44,201 nucleotides of DNA from a virus (lineage: Duplodnaviria > Caudoviricetes): the IMG/VR virus record IMGVR_UViG_3300020045_005005, positions 1-44,201 of that record. One strand, given 5' to 3'. This document shows, piece by piece, positions 33,668-44,072 of the stretch. The translations under genes were made by a program, and so were the position numbers. Positions within the stretch are counted from its first letter, which is position 1; every line of letters starts with the position of its first letter. The notes beneath the pieces were generated by a model. The model did not search any database. It was given only the letters and a program-made list of their open reading frames with translations, and was not told the origin of the DNA.

Positions 33668-36379
33668 ATGCCTACAAACCCACTTAATACTAATGAATTA
33701 GAGTTTTGGCTAAGATTTAACTCTCTTAATAATCCAAATTGGTATCAAATAAGTGAGCCTATCGGTTTTGACGCTTGTAAATTCGTAGTTGAACAAGAGC
33801 CTAATAGATTTGCACGTTCAATTAAATACGGTGCTATTGACAAATTACGATTTGTTGATACATTTGAGGGATTGGCTTCTGCTACTCAAACAATAAACCC
33901 ACAAGGAGACCAAAGCAACCATTTAGATTACGGCTTGCAATGGCTACTTTACATATTTGGTAAATACGGATTTGAGTTAGACTTTGATTTTAAAATCACC
34001 ATTAACGGTGTGGATTTTAAGGTTTACGGATTAGATGCAAACGATAAAGATATTACGGATGGTTATACATACTTTCAATGTAAATTAATCGATAATAGCA
34101 ACGTAATGGACTACAAACGTCGTTACGATGATAAATTAAATATGTTTGCTGATAAAGGCGTATTTGGTCAAACTATTGCGCCTTTGAGTACGTTTAAATA
34201 CTTAAAAAGAGCAACCGAAGTAAGTCAAACGAGCGATTTTAGCACGCCAAATAATCTTAATTTAAACGAGGTTCTTTATGGCTTAGACGCTTACGTTTAC
34301 AACCCAGCTATACAGTCAAACACTTACGGAATACTTAATACCTTAAATTCGTTTGAGGTTTCTACTTACGATGGAGATACAAGCAATACCGTATTGACTA
34401 AACAATTAATTCAAGAGCGTGGAATTGTAAAAGCAAAAAGACGGATTGTAAACTTAAAAATCGACATTGTAGATTTAAACTTCTCCGCATTTATCAATAG
34501 TGGTTTATTTGCAAATCATCGTTTAAGAATTGCTTATGGCACAGAACCGTTAGACGATTGGACTACAATTGATTTATTTACAAGTTCGGCAACTTCTTTT
34601 ATACTTACAAATCAAAACTATTCAGTAACTATTCCATTTTTAGAGATAGGACAAAAAGTTTGGTTATATTTTTCTACTACATCGCCAAGCGGGTTACCAT
34701 CGCCAACGCCAATAACGAGTTTTAGCGTTTCAATTAGCAACTCGTTAAAGATAAATTTAAGCGCACAAGCCGTTTCTTTAGACACAGTAGTCCCAGCGGT
34801 TAGATTAGTTGATTTATACAAACAGTCAAATTTAATGTTTCGAAACTTACCATTTTTCGCTCCATTGTTGGATGTAGGAGGTAAGTATCATAATCAGGCT
34901 ATTTTTAATAAATCAACAGTTAGTCAAAGAGTGGATAATATGTACACTACTTTTAAAGACCTTACAGATAATTTAATGGAATGTTGTCAGGACGTTGAGT
35001 TGTTAGAAAACGAAATGTTTATCAATGAGTTTGAAACATTTTATACTAATGATGAAATTGGAGTTTACACACAAGTTCCAAGCGAAGAAACAAGCATTGA
35101 TATAAACGAAAGAACGGCAGTTAATCGTTTAGATTTTATGTATTCTAAATTTGCTCAAGACAGAGAATTGTTAGGAACAAATCAAAGCGTACACACTCAA
35201 AGTCAAAACCGAGTTCAAAACGATAAAGTCGAGAATAAAAAAGAGATTAAAGTTGACTTTGTACGTGACCCTTTAGAAATACAAAATATTGTAGATTTAG
35301 AGATTAGCAAACCTACAACTTCTACCGACAACGACGACACGTTGATGTTGGAAGAAATGACACAATTAGCCCCTAATAGTTTTGGAACGGTTGCTGGTGT
35401 GTTATTAATTAGAACGGTTAACGGTAGACTAGAGATATTAAACCGAGATAGTAGCGGAGATAGTGGCGATACGGTTATTAATTGGCTTACTTTAGGTTTT
35501 GGTGTTGGTTCGTCAATTCAAGTGTTAAACGGCAATAGCGCTGGTAATTACATTGTTTTTAGCGTTACTAATTCAGTACTTACTATAACGCCACAATTTG
35601 CACTCACGCCAATTCCTACTGCTGATTATTTCATATCGTTAAAGTACTTTTATAGCGGTGTACTTTGGCAAACACGAACAAATCAAGGTTTTAGTTTAAT
35701 TAACGGAGTAGGTAATAAATTCGGCAATTTAAACTTCACAATCAAACGTAATTTAATGCGATGGTTTAAATATATCGCTTCGTTTGTTCAGTACAACCAA
35801 AAAGATATAATAAACACTTACTTTAAAAATAACGGTGCTTTACAAACGCAATTAACAACTGAAAGCACACCCGTAACAGAAGATGCTGATATTTTATTTA
35901 GTCAACTACCAACACCAATACTAACGGGTAAAATAATTAATATAACCGTTGTAAGCGATTGGCAAACTGAATTAGATTATTTGGCTAAATATGAATTACC
36001 GAACACAACTGGAATCGGAAGTTTGAGACGTAAAGGATTTGAAAGAGTTTTAGATTTAAAAGGAAATGTAATATTGGGTTATTGTCAGAATCGAGCTTTT
36101 AATATAGCTACAAACGAGTTAAATTTAACCTTAGAAGAAAAATATAGTCCTCAAATATTGAAAGTTGACGTTATTGGAAGTGATTTGTTTGTAAACGATG
36201 TACGATACAATTTAAGCGGTAACGCTAATTGGTTTGGAACACAAAATAATTTTATACAATTTTTTGATGTTGATAGCAAAGCAATTTGTAATTTATATGA
36301 ATATAATTTTGTAAGTTTACAGTCAGTTATTTATCCGTCAATTAATGATTTAGTATTGGCTTTAAATGCTTTAATATAA
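33668..36379 (+). CDS. Tail tip/hub protein (putative)
   Basis: 903 aa after the tape measure; EPIGFD motif. Confidence 0.6.
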   Translation: MPTNPLNTNELEFWLRFNSLNNPNWYQISEPIGFDACKFVVEQEPNRFARSIKYGAIDKLRFVDTFEGLASATQTINPQGDQSNHLDYGLQWLLYIFGKYGFELDFDFKITINGVDFKVYGLDANDKDITDGYTYFQCKLIDNSNVMDYKRRYDDKLNMFADKGVFGQTIAPLSTFKYLKRATEVSQTSDFSTPNNLNLNEVLYGLDAYVYNPAIQSNTYGILNTLNSFEVSTYDGDTSNTVLTKQLIQERGIVKAKRRIVNLKIDIVDLNFSAFINSGLFANHRLRIAYGTEPLDDWTTIDLFTSSATSFILTNQNYSVTIPFLEIGQKVWLYFSTTSPSGLPSPTPITSFSVSISNSLKINLSAQAVSLDTVVPAVRLVDLYKQSNLMFRNLPFFAPLLDVGGKYHNQAIFNKSTVSQRVDNMYTTFKDLTDNLMECCQDVELLENEMFINEFETFYTNDEIGVYTQVPSEETSIDINERTAVNRLDFMYSKFAQDRELLGTNQSVHTQSQNRVQNDKVENKKEIKVDFVRDPLEIQNIVDLEISKPTTSTDNDDTLMLEEMTQLAPNSFGTVAGVLLIRTVNGRLEILNRDSSGDSGDTVINWLTLGFGVGSSIQVLNGNSAGNYIVFSVTNSVLTITPQFALTPIPTADYFISLKYFYSGVLWQTRTNQGFSLINGVGNKFGNLNFTIKRNLMRWFKYIASFVQYNQKDIINTYFKNNGALQTQLTTESTPVTEDADILFSQLPTPILTGKIINITVVSDWQTELDYLAKYELPNTTGIGSLRRKGFERVLDLKGNVILGYCQNRAFNIATNELNLTLEEKYSPQILKVDVIGSDLFVNDVRYNLSGNANWFGTQNNFIQFFDVDSKAICNLYEYNFVSLQSVIYPSINDLVLALNALI

Positions 36380-37557
36380 TGAATAGAGATTTTAGTTTTT
36401 TAAAGTTATATAAAAATGACTTTGCAAGTGCAAAGCGAGGCGACGACACCCCAATAGCCAAATTAAATTACAAGGGCTTTATTGCTCAACGTCCAAACGA
36501 ATTATTCACTCAAATAACCAACTGTGAAACTGATATTGCTTTTGTTGGTGGGATTACTGTTGAATTAGTTGACCAATGCGAAAACGTAAAAGTAAATATT
36601 ACATCAAACTTTTATTACATTGGTTTTATTGATAGGTTTGGCGTTCAGCAAATCGAATATACTTTCGGATTTATTGGAATTGATTTTTATTCAACACCTT
36701 TATTTTTAAGAATTACCGACAATACTAACGGTAATAAATGGTATTCTTATAACTTTTTAGTTACTTATCCTGAGTTATCGACACGTTTTGACTATTACGC
36801 TCCTAGTGAGATTAATAATATTTCGTATGATTTAGTAAGCTTTAAAGAGCAATCTATTAGAATAGTTAACTGTTACGACCACACACCCGTAAACGAAAAG
36901 AATTTAACGCAATACACTAAAATAAGCGGGAAGCAAACTAATTTCAGAAACATAACGACTTACAAACGAAAGTATTTAATCGATAACGTCGATATATTTA
37001 TTAATGACCGATTGGACGCAATGTTTGATAGTCCATTTATTTACGTCGATGGTCAAAGAGTTACTGTTAGTGATTTTCAAGCAAGCGAAAGAGAGGGAGA
37101 CACAAACTTTTTACCCGTTGAATTTACGATTAATCCACAAGGCGAAACTTTACCGTTTAGTTATGGTTTATACCAACCATTTGCTCCATTTGCAAGATTT
37201 GTGCCTAACAATTCTATTTTCACTTTAGCGGATTTTAATTCATTCATCCCTACTATCGGATTGTATTTAGATTTCAATAAAACACCGAATATTTTACCAA
37301 CTTTCGAATATGAACTTTGGGAAAACAACGTTTTGGTTTTAACATCAAGTGCTTACTCAATAACAGGCGATAGATTATATTTTGACGATTTACAAACATT
37401 TACTTATGCTATTGCTGATTATTCAATAGTAATAAAACCAAACGGAGTAGGTAACGGTATTGAATTGTGGCAAGGCTATATAATCAACGAGTGGGTATTT
37501 AGTTTAGTTTCAGCACAATATGCAAGTTCAGATTACAACAACGATTATTTAATTTAA
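36379..37557 (+). CDS. Tail/baseplate protein (putative)
   Basis: Position; beta-rich. Confidence 0.55.
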   Translation: MNRDFSFLKLYKNDFASAKRGDDTPIAKLNYKGFIAQRPNELFTQITNCETDIAFVGGITVELVDQCENVKVNITSNFYYIGFIDRFGVQQIEYTFGFIGIDFYSTPLFLRITDNTNGNKWYSYNFLVTYPELSTRFDYYAPSEINNISYDLVSFKEQSIRIVNCYDHTPVNEKNLTQYTKISGKQTNFRNITTYKRKYLIDNVDIFINDRLDAMFDSPFIYVDGQRVTVSDFQASEREGDTNFLPVEFTINPQGETLPFSYGLYQPFAPFARFVPNNSIFTLADFNSFIPTIGLYLDFNKTPNILPTFEYELWENNVLVLTSSAYSITGDRLYFDDLQTFTYAIADYSIVIKPNGVGNGIELWQGYIINEWVFSLVSAQYASSDYNNDYLI

Positions 37558-37564
37558 TAAAAAT

Positions 37565-37987
37565 ATGGCAATAAAATCAACATTAATAGCAAACGTAAAC
37601 GGTTTTTTAACCGCTTTGATAACTTTTACTAAGCATCGAAGTTCAATGCTTGAGGTTATAAACGAATTATACCCAACAAAAGTTCTTGATAGCAACACTT
37701 TAGAAACGTACACAACGAAAAACGGTTCGGTAATCACGTATAACATAGCTTTTGTAAAACAAGGACGTAGCGTTAGAATAAACGGAACTTATACAAATCC
37801 CTCAGCTACAACAACGCTACCAAACGGAACAAAGGTTTTCGATATTGATGTGAACGAATTTAGAGGCGATACAACGGGTTATTTAGGTATAAACGCTGAT
37901 TATACGCCTTATCAAATAAATATTATAGGAGCGTTGCTTCCTTTGCAAAGTAGAGCCTTTTCAATAACTATTAATTCAGATTTATAA
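37565..37987 (+). CDS. Tail-associated protein
   Basis: Position. Confidence 0.55.
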   Translation: MAIKSTLIANVNGFLTALITFTKHRSSMLEVINELYPTKVLDSNTLETYTTKNGSVITYNIAFVKQGRSVRINGTYTNPSATTTLPNGTKVFDIDVNEFRGDTTGYLGINADYTPYQINIIGALLPLQSRAFSITINSDL

Positions 37988-38835
37988 TGATAACAACATT
38001 TGATTTAAACGAAAATAATACAGTTTTTTCAGAAAATATACTACCAAGTTTTTGCAATTTCGACAATGACGGTCAATTTGATTTTATTGTAACTAGCGGA
38101 ACAGGAACAGTTGAACTACAATTAAATGCACCGACAGAAAACGCCAACTTAGTAAATCAAGGAAGTGGTTCTTTAAAGATAACAAATACAGATTATCAAA
38201 ATACCGATTTAGTTTTTCAAAGTTCAGGCAATAAAGACGCTTTTAATCAAGAGGCTCCTTTAAATGATTTAATAAGTATTTGTTTACTTAAAGAGGGAAC
38301 TACTCAAAATGTAAAATTAGAATTAGAAATTTATTACATATCTGCTTTATACGAAACAGTTGAGTTTGATTTGTCAAGCTATCCAAATGACCAATGGGTT
38401 AGATTAGGACAGACAAAAAATATGAATAGTGGAGAATATACGTTTAAATGGACATTAAAATCTGACGCTTCTGATGCGTCAAGTGTTTGTACTTTATATA
38501 TTGATTGTTTTTGTATTCAAAGAATTAACAACGTAATAAACAATATAAATATTCCTTATTTACCAGCAAAACCAATAGTTATTTTTCACACTGAAACACT
38601 AGACTTTGGAAGTATTGCATCAAATCAAACTGCTGAACTAGATTTCACAATGACGGGTGCAAAAGTTGGAGATTTTATACAAATGGTTGTTCCTGTTGCA
38701 AGTTATTTAACGGGGTTAATTTACGGAATACCTGACGTTATTGCTGATGATACTGTTAAAGTTGTGGTTCACAATGCAACGGGTGGAGCGCAAAACCCAG
38801 CAAGCGGAGCGTTTAAATTTAAAATTGAAAGATAA
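37987..38835 (+). CDS. Tail-associated protein with CBM-like domain
   Basis: GSGSLKIT...WVRL...LYIDCF; C-terminal LDFGSIA...GAKVGD. Confidence 0.55.
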   Translation: MITTFDLNENNTVFSENILPSFCNFDNDGQFDFIVTSGTGTVELQLNAPTENANLVNQGSGSLKITNTDYQNTDLVFQSSGNKDAFNQEAPLNDLISICLLKEGTTQNVKLELEIYYISALYETVEFDLSSYPNDQWVRLGQTKNMNSGEYTFKWTLKSDASDASSVCTLYIDCFCIQRINNVINNINIPYLPAKPIVIFHTETLDFGSIASNQTAELDFTMTGAKVGDFIQMVVPVASYLTGLIYGIPDVIADDTVKVVVHNATGGAQNPASGAFKFKIER

Positions 38836-39656
38836 TGTTTGAGATAATCAAAAGAACTAGCGGATTTTGGCACTTATTTAACAACTCTTCTAAAGAGGTT
38901 AATGTAAGTGATTTTGAAGTTGTTTTAGATGCAGTGGCGCAAACTTATATACTTCAATGTAAGAATGGCGCAAATATTCCTAGTATTGAAGTTCCGATAG
39001 CTAATATTATAGTTAGAGACGAAACGGGTGCGAATGTAGATGAAACATTCGCAACGGTTGCTTTATTGAAAGTTAGATTAATAGCTTTGGGCTACACGCC
39101 TTATTTAAATGCAAGCGGATTAACACCTGACCAAGTTGACGCTATTCAAAATGCAAACACTCCAACGGGAGCAAACCCATTTGCGACTATGGCTGATGTT
39201 GGCGGTGGTGCGGTTGCAAGTGTAAACGGTCAAACAGGCGTAGTAGTTTTAGATACAGGCGATATTGCAGAAGTTACAGATAAGAATTACGTTAGCGATG
39301 CTGAATTAGTTGTAATTGGAAACACAAGCGGAACAAATACGGGCGACCAAGATTTGAGCGGATTATTACCAATCGAAGTGGCTATGACAACGGGAACGTC
39401 AATATCTTTCGAAGTAGATAAGATTTACGGTGAGGTTAGCAATCCCGTAGCTGGAGGAATAACGCTTGATGCAACGAATGCAAAACTAGGAGTGACAAAT
39501 ATTATAGTTCACAATGACGCATCAGAGCCAAGTTACGACCCTGAGTTTAAAAGATTAAAAGGAAGTCAAGATTATTTGCCTAGCTTTAATAATTATATTT
39601 ATTGTACTTATATGGACGCTTCTAATATTAATTATATAATAACTCAACAACTTTAA
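38835..39656 (+). CDS. Tail fibre protein (putative)
   Basis: VASVNGQTGVVVL and NTSGTNTGDQDLS fibre-type motifs. Confidence 0.65.
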   Translation: MFEIIKRTSGFWHLFNNSSKEVNVSDFEVVLDAVAQTYILQCKNGANIPSIEVPIANIIVRDETGANVDETFATVALLKVRLIALGYTPYLNASGLTPDQVDAIQNANTPTGANPFATMADVGGGAVASVNGQTGVVVLDTGDIAEVTDKNYVSDAELVVIGNTSGTNTGDQDLSGLLPIEVAMTTGTSISFEVDKIYGEVSNPVAGGITLDATNAKLGVTNIIVHNDASEPSYDPEFKRLKGSQDYLPSFNNYIYCTYMDASNINYIITQQL

Positions 39657-39658
39657 AA

Positions 39659-40486
39659 ATGAGTAACAGACGTTCAATGATGATGGTTTTAGGCGATTCA
39701 ACACCGAATACGTATTTATTAGATACTTATGGAGGTGCAGAATTAGCTTTTTCTTTACGTCGTTTAAGTTCGTCTTATAGTGGCGATGTTGCTAGGGTTT
39801 CAAATGGAACTACAACAGATGAAATTGGATTCACTTCTGACTATATCGACGAAACTTCTTTATATGCTCACGTTGGGGGTAATAGCGGAAGTTTTGAAAG
39901 ATGGTATGAGCAAAGCGGAAACAACAATACACTATTACAAACTACACTAGCAAGCCAACCGTATATAATAGCTACAGGAACACCTCAAACAGTTAACGGC
40001 AAACTAGCTCTTATTTTTACTAATTTGTTTATGAGTTTAACGTCGCAGATAACTTTAAACTCGTCTTATGCTATGTTCTTTGTTTGTAAAAGAACGGCTT
40101 TAGCAAATAGATTTGTAACATTAGCGGGAAGCCAAACCGCACCTGTATCAGCTTTTGGAATATTCCCTGATAGCGGATTAACCGACAAGCCATTGCATAT
40201 AAAAAGTAACGCATACGCTTTAGCAAATAGCGCAGTAACTAATATTGACCAAATGGTATTTTCAGTTGAGGTTACAAGTAGTACTATTGATATTTATATC
40301 GATGGTACGCTAGTAACAAGTACATATGTAGGTGGTAGTTATCCAAACACATTTGATTATTTAGGGCGTTATTCGTCTTTATTGGGCGATGGTATATTCC
40401 AAGAGGGAGTTTTATATAATTTTTCTCAAGCATCAAATCACTCAGCGATAGTAAATGAAATGAAAACATATTATTCAATTCCGTAA
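39659..40486 (+). CDS. Receptor-binding/lectin-like (LamG/concanavalin-type) protein
   Basis: AFSLRRLSSSYSG, WYEQSGN, IYIDG, EGVLY. Confidence 0.6.
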   Translation: MSNRRSMMMVLGDSTPNTYLLDTYGGAELAFSLRRLSSSYSGDVARVSNGTTTDEIGFTSDYIDETSLYAHVGGNSGSFERWYEQSGNNNTLLQTTLASQPYIIATGTPQTVNGKLALIFTNLFMSLTSQITLNSSYAMFFVCKRTALANRFVTLAGSQTAPVSAFGIFPDSGLTDKPLHIKSNAYALANSAVTNIDQMVFSVEVTSSTIDIYIDGTLVTSTYVGGSYPNTFDYLGRYSSLLGDGIFQEGVLYNFSQASNHSAIVNEMKTYYSIP

Positions 40487-40506
40487 CATTTAAAAATAAT
40501 AATATT

Positions 40507-40623
40507 ATGACACAGCCAACGTACACAAAAGAAGAGCAAGAAGCAATTGACCAAGCTTATCAAATTTTAGATGAAGCGGGTTTGACTACTTTAGAAATCG
40601 GCGCACCAAGACCTAGACGATGA
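40507..40623 (+). CDS. 38-aa peptide with Pro/Arg C-terminus
   Basis: MTQPTYTKEEQEAIDQAYQILDEAGLTTLEIGAPRPRR; ATGA-coupled to the next gene; same start context as 208. Confidence 0.7.
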   Translation: MTQPTYTKEEQEAIDQAYQILDEAGLTTLEIGAPRPRR

Positions 40624-40955
40624 AAAACTTAGGCATCATATTACTTTGCTATAATTTAGCGTGCTTATCGGTTTTAAATACTGATTGGTACGCTAAATAT
40701 TGGACTGTAATTGATTCTAAAGATTGGGTTTTTTACGTACTTGGAGCGATAGTGTTTTTTGTAAAGTTTAAGAAACTTACTAAATTTCAAAGGGATTGCT
40801 TTATTTTTGCTTTCATATATTTAGGATTTAAAGTTTTAGATTACATTTACTTTTTCAATTATGCTACGTTTATGTTTTGGAATTTATTTATAATATTTTT
40901 CCCTTTGTTTATGTTAATTGAAAGGAATATTAATTACTCACGGTTTAAAAAATGA
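40620..40955 (+). CDS. Multi-pass (about 4 TM) membrane protein
   Basis: Hydrophobic segments; same slot as 334-717 but not alignable by eye. Confidence 0.7.
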   Translation: MKNLGIILLCYNLACLSVLNTDWYAKYWTVIDSKDWVFYVLGAIVFFVKFKKLTKFQRDCFIFAFIYLGFKVLDYIYFFNYATFMFWNLFIIFFPLFMLIERNINYSRFKK

Positions 40956-41239
40956 ATTGGATTGAACGAAAACGAGATAGCGTTGGGAACTTCATAATTA
41001 CATTTACAAACGACACTTTAAAAGTTCGTGGTAAGTTCTCTATGAAACGTGTTTTGGTTGCAATTGTCACGCCTTATGGTTTAAATATAGGCAATCACAT
41101 TGTAACTAACGATAGCGTCAATGCTTATGCTATTTTAGTATTTCAAACTATCTTTGCTTTTATAACAGCAGTATTAATTACAAGTGCATATGCTAAGAAA
41201 CAAGAATTAAAAGACGATAATACAAATAATACAGAATGA
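40952..41239 (+). CDS. Putative holin
   Basis: NDTLK..GKFSMKRV resembles NDTLR..GRFEQKRV of 714-962. Confidence 0.55.
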   Translation: MNWIERKRDSVGNFIITFTNDTLKVRGKFSMKRVLVAIVTPYGLNIGNHIVTNDSVNAYAILVFQTIFAFITAVLITSAYAKKQELKDDNTNNTE

Positions 41240-41574
41240 GTACAAAGGAACAAAACGACGTAATCGAAATTAAAGGCGAAATAGGTAGGATTAGAAACCA
41301 TTTAGACATTTTTAAAAAGACAAATGAAGAAACCACTAAAACGCTAAACGAAACTAGCAAATCAGTAAACAGAATTGAAACCGCATTAATTGGAAGCCAT
41401 TTAAACGGGAATGTAGGATTGGTTTCAGACTTTGCTGATTTACAGAAAATAGTTGAGGAGCAAAAGGAAAAATTAATAGTTCACCGTGTTTACTTTGCGA
41501 TATTAGGCTTTATTGCTTCAACTTCATTCACGGGGTTAATTGCTATTTGCGTAAAATTGTTTGCTAATAATTAG
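41236..41574 (+). CDS. Coiled-coil protein with C-terminal TM (holin/antiholin-like)
   Basis: Homolog of 959-1297. Confidence 0.55.
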   Translation: MSTKEQNDVIEIKGEIGRIRNHLDIFKKTNEETTKTLNETSKSVNRIETALIGSHLNGNVGLVSDFADLQKIVEEQKEKLIVHRVYFAILGFIASTSFTGLIAICVKLFANN

Positions 41575-41594
41575 TTCAATTAAAATTAAATTAT

Positions 41595-41691
41595 TACTTT
41601 TGATTTAACTTAAAAATAGAAATCATGAAATAGTCAATTTTTGTTCATTCGAAAAGATAACCCTAACACGTCAGAATGTTAGGGTTTTTTT
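41595..41691 (+). ncRNA. Short promoter-to-terminator unit with no real ORF
   Basis: TACTTTTG; mini-ORF ATGAAATAG; terminator AACCCTAACA/TGTTAGGGTT. Confidence 0.4.
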
Positions 41692-41723
41692 ATATATTTG
41701 TTAAACGATTAAAATAAAAAACT

Positions 41724-42188
41724 ATGATAACAACACAAGAAGCGATAAAAAAGTATGGTAAACCAAATCAACAAGGTAGTTACTTAACTACAATTCAACT
41801 TCCTTACCCAATGCGTTTGGCTTGGGATAAAAAAACAACCGTTACAAAAATGCGTTGTCACAAATTAGTAGCCGATGATTTTCTTTCAGTATTTAATACT
41901 TTATTAAAGCATTACGGACTTGCAAAAATTCAAGAGTTAGGAATTGATTTATTTGGCGGTTGTTTTAACTTTCGTGCAATGCGTGGAGGTTCGGATTATT
42001 CACGCCATAGTTGGGGAATAGCTATTGATTTAGACCCCGAAAGAAACCAATTAAAAGAAACTAGTGCAACGGCTAGATTTGCAAGAAGTGAATATTTACC
42101 AATGATTGAAATTTTCTACAATCACGGTTTTGTAAACTTAGGAGTAGAGAAAAATTACGATTGGATGCACTTTGAAATAAAAGACTAA
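41724..42188 (+). CDS. Endolysin, peptidase M15 family
   Basis: FNFRAMRGG, SRHSWGIAID, DWMHFE zinc motifs. Confidence 0.88.
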   Translation: MITTQEAIKKYGKPNQQGSYLTTIQLPYPMRLAWDKKTTVTKMRCHKLVADDFLSVFNTLLKHYGLAKIQELGIDLFGGCFNFRAMRGGSDYSRHSWGIAIDLDPERNQLKETSATARFARSEYLPMIEIFYNHGFVNLGVEKNYDWMHFEIKD

Positions 42189-42190
42189 TT

Positions 42191-42739
42191 ATGAAAACAA
42201 TAAATTTAAAAATTTGGCAAGTTATCTTAATTTGGATTTTTATAATTTTTTCTATTATTGGTTGCGGTTCTCGAAAGGTCGAAAAATCAAAAGAAGTAAC
42301 CAAAGAAAACAAAACAACCGAGTTAACCACTACTGATAATTCAACAATCGAAATAAAAGCCGATACCAATACAAAAGTAATCGACTGTACAAATACAGAT
42401 GAAATTGAAATAGCACCGATTGATAACTCTAAAGAAATGGTTGTTAACGGAAAAACTTACAAAAACGCTATTCTAAAGCACAAAAAAATAAAAGCCAATA
42501 TAATTACCGACAAAGCCGAGAAAGTTGCTACAAATCAAAAAAACGACGTTAAAACGGATTTAAAAGAGGTTGTTGCAATTGAAAAAATCAAAGAGATTAA
42601 AAATGTAGAGCGAAAACAATTCGATTGGACTAAAATTATTGTTGTTGGCTCTATTATGTTATTGCTGATTACTATGTTTATTCTTTATTATTATTTTGGC
42701 ATTGGTAGAAAAAAAAAGAATGATGATAGTGTTAGTTAA
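42191..42739 (+). CDS. Putative unimolecular spanin
   Basis: Lipobox IIGC plus C-terminal TM; core near-identical to 2092-2601. Confidence 0.7.
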   Translation: MKTINLKIWQVILIWIFIIFSIIGCGSRKVEKSKEVTKENKTTELTTTDNSTIEIKADTNTKVIDCTNTDEIEIAPIDNSKEMVVNGKTYKNAILKHKKIKANIITDKAEKVATNQKNDVKTDLKEVVAIEKIKEIKNVERKQFDWTKIIVVGSIMLLLITMFILYYYFGIGRKKKNDDSVS

Positions 42740-42751
42740 ATAATTATTCAC

Positions 42752-42834
42752 TAAATTTGATTTTCATATTTTAAGTTTTTGGTTTAGGTTTATGGTTAAG
42801 TTAGAGAAACGACATCGCTTGGTGTCGTTTTTTT
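42752..42834 (+). ncRNA. Candidate sRNA, second copy
   Basis: Identical to 2854-2936. Confidence 0.6.
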
Positions 42835-42959
42835 ATTGTCTAAACCCTAGTAAAATAAGGCAAACATAAAATTTAACATAAAAAAATAAGCAAATCTTAT
42901 TTTATTTGAAAATAATTGTATTACATTTGTCTATCTTAAAACATTAAAACTTAAATATT

Positions 42960-43115
42960 ATGAAAACGATTTACATTATTACTGAAGTAGGAACTGGAAT
43001 AATTATTAACATTGCTTATAATACTCGTTTAGAAGCGCAAGAAAGAGTTGAAGAAATGGAGTCGATGGATGAATTTACTTCATTTGAGATTTTGGAATTG
43101 CAAATTAAAAACTAA
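42960..43115 (+). CDS. 51-aa acidic hypothetical early protein
   Basis: MKTIYIITEVGTG...; occupies the slot of 3061-3363. Confidence 0.65.
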   Translation: MKTIYIITEVGTGIIINIAYNTRLEAQERVEEMESMDEFTSFEILELQIKN

Positions 43116-43120
43116 CCGAA

Positions 43121-43435
43121 ATGAAAGATTTTAACACAGCAATAACCGAAGCTAAACTAGACTACCTTTCCGACATCGAATTTGCTTACTATTTTTCAAA
43201 TCAATTTATAACTGTTAACTTTTACAAGAACGAAAGTGGTAAGAATATAATTGAAGAGTTCGGAACGATGCACAACGGTCAATGGTTTGACGTAATCCCA
43301 ACAAACGAGCAAATTAAAGCTATGTTTAAACGATTAGATGATACACCATACTGTGAAGTTGAAATAGAACGCTTTACAGAGGATTTAAACTATCAAAACG
43401 ACCCGTACTATGGATTTTACGGATTAGACGCTTAA
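43121..43435 (+). CDS. Conserved hypothetical early protein
   Basis: Near-identical to 3360-3674. Confidence 0.8.
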   Translation: MKDFNTAITEAKLDYLSDIEFAYYFSNQFITVNFYKNESGKNIIEEFGTMHNGQWFDVIPTNEQIKAMFKRLDDTPYCEVEIERFTEDLNYQNDPYYGFYGLDA

Positions 43436-43468
43436 AACGATTAATAACTTAACTTGAATTTACGAATT

Positions 43469-43618
43469 ATGGACACAATAATAAAAGAATTAAAAGGATT
43501 AGTTTTAGTGGTTGAGGAATTAGAATATTGGATGGATATTTACCCTTTAACAAGCGACCAACAAATTGAATTAAAAGTAACAAGAACTAGAATAAATAAA
43601 CTTATCAAAAAACTTTAA
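43469..43618 (+). CDS. 49-aa hypothetical protein
   Basis: MDTIIKELKGL...; flanked by TTAATAACTTAA direct repeats. Confidence 0.6.
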   Translation: MDTIIKELKGLVLVVEELEYWMDIYPLTSDQQIELKVTRTRINKLIKKL

Positions 43619-43638
43619 TAACTTAAACTTAAATAATT

Positions 43639-43815
43639 ATGCAAAGTGTAGAACAAATGATTGCTATTGTACAGATTTATATTCATCACCGAAAAAATGA
43701 AGAGGTAAAAATATCGCCACCGACAAATAATAGGCAAATGCTTAAATTAATAAAAGCTTACAATATAGCTACCGTTTGGCTAGAAGAAAACGGATTTAAA
43801 CAAATATTAAACTAA
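43639..43815 (+). CDS. 58-aa hypothetical protein
   Basis: MQSVEQMIAIVQIYIHH...; same start context as 3704. Confidence 0.65.
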   Translation: MQSVEQMIAIVQIYIHHRKNEEVKISPPTNNRQMLKLIKAYNIATVWLEENGFKQILN

Positions 43816-43820
43816 ACCTT

Positions 43821-44072
43821 ATGAAAAAAGCTTATTTCAATTTCCTTAAATGGATATTCCCAAACGAAAAAAACATAGTTAAAAACAAATTTGATATTTT
43901 AAGTTTGTTGTTTAACTCTGAGAACTTGCAACTATCTACAAAAGAAAGCATCGATTTATTTAAAGAAGTTCAAACCGAATTTCATCAAACACTTGCAAAG
44001 CGTTCAATCGATGCTCAAATAGTTGTTGCTGATGTTGAAGAGTATTTTGATAAACTTAATCACGTAAAATAA
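43821..44072 (+). CDS. Hypothetical protein
   Basis: ORF track. Confidence 0.65.
   Translation: MKKAYFNFLKWIFPNEKNIVKNKFDILSLLFNSENLQLSTKESIDLFKEVQTEFHQTLAKRSIDAQIVVADVEEYFDKLNHVK

Noticed and set aside
38835-40486. Diversity-generating retroelement or invertible tail-fibre system
   Set aside because: No reverse transcriptase, no template/variable repeat pair and no invertase were seen.
812-42369. Most minus-strand ORFs in the track (e.g. 812-1024, 1959-2387, 7952-8254, 16845-17156, 32654-33031, 42073-42369) and the nested plus ORF 37004-37228
   Set aside because: They are shadows of well-supported plus-strand genes with no start context or motifs.
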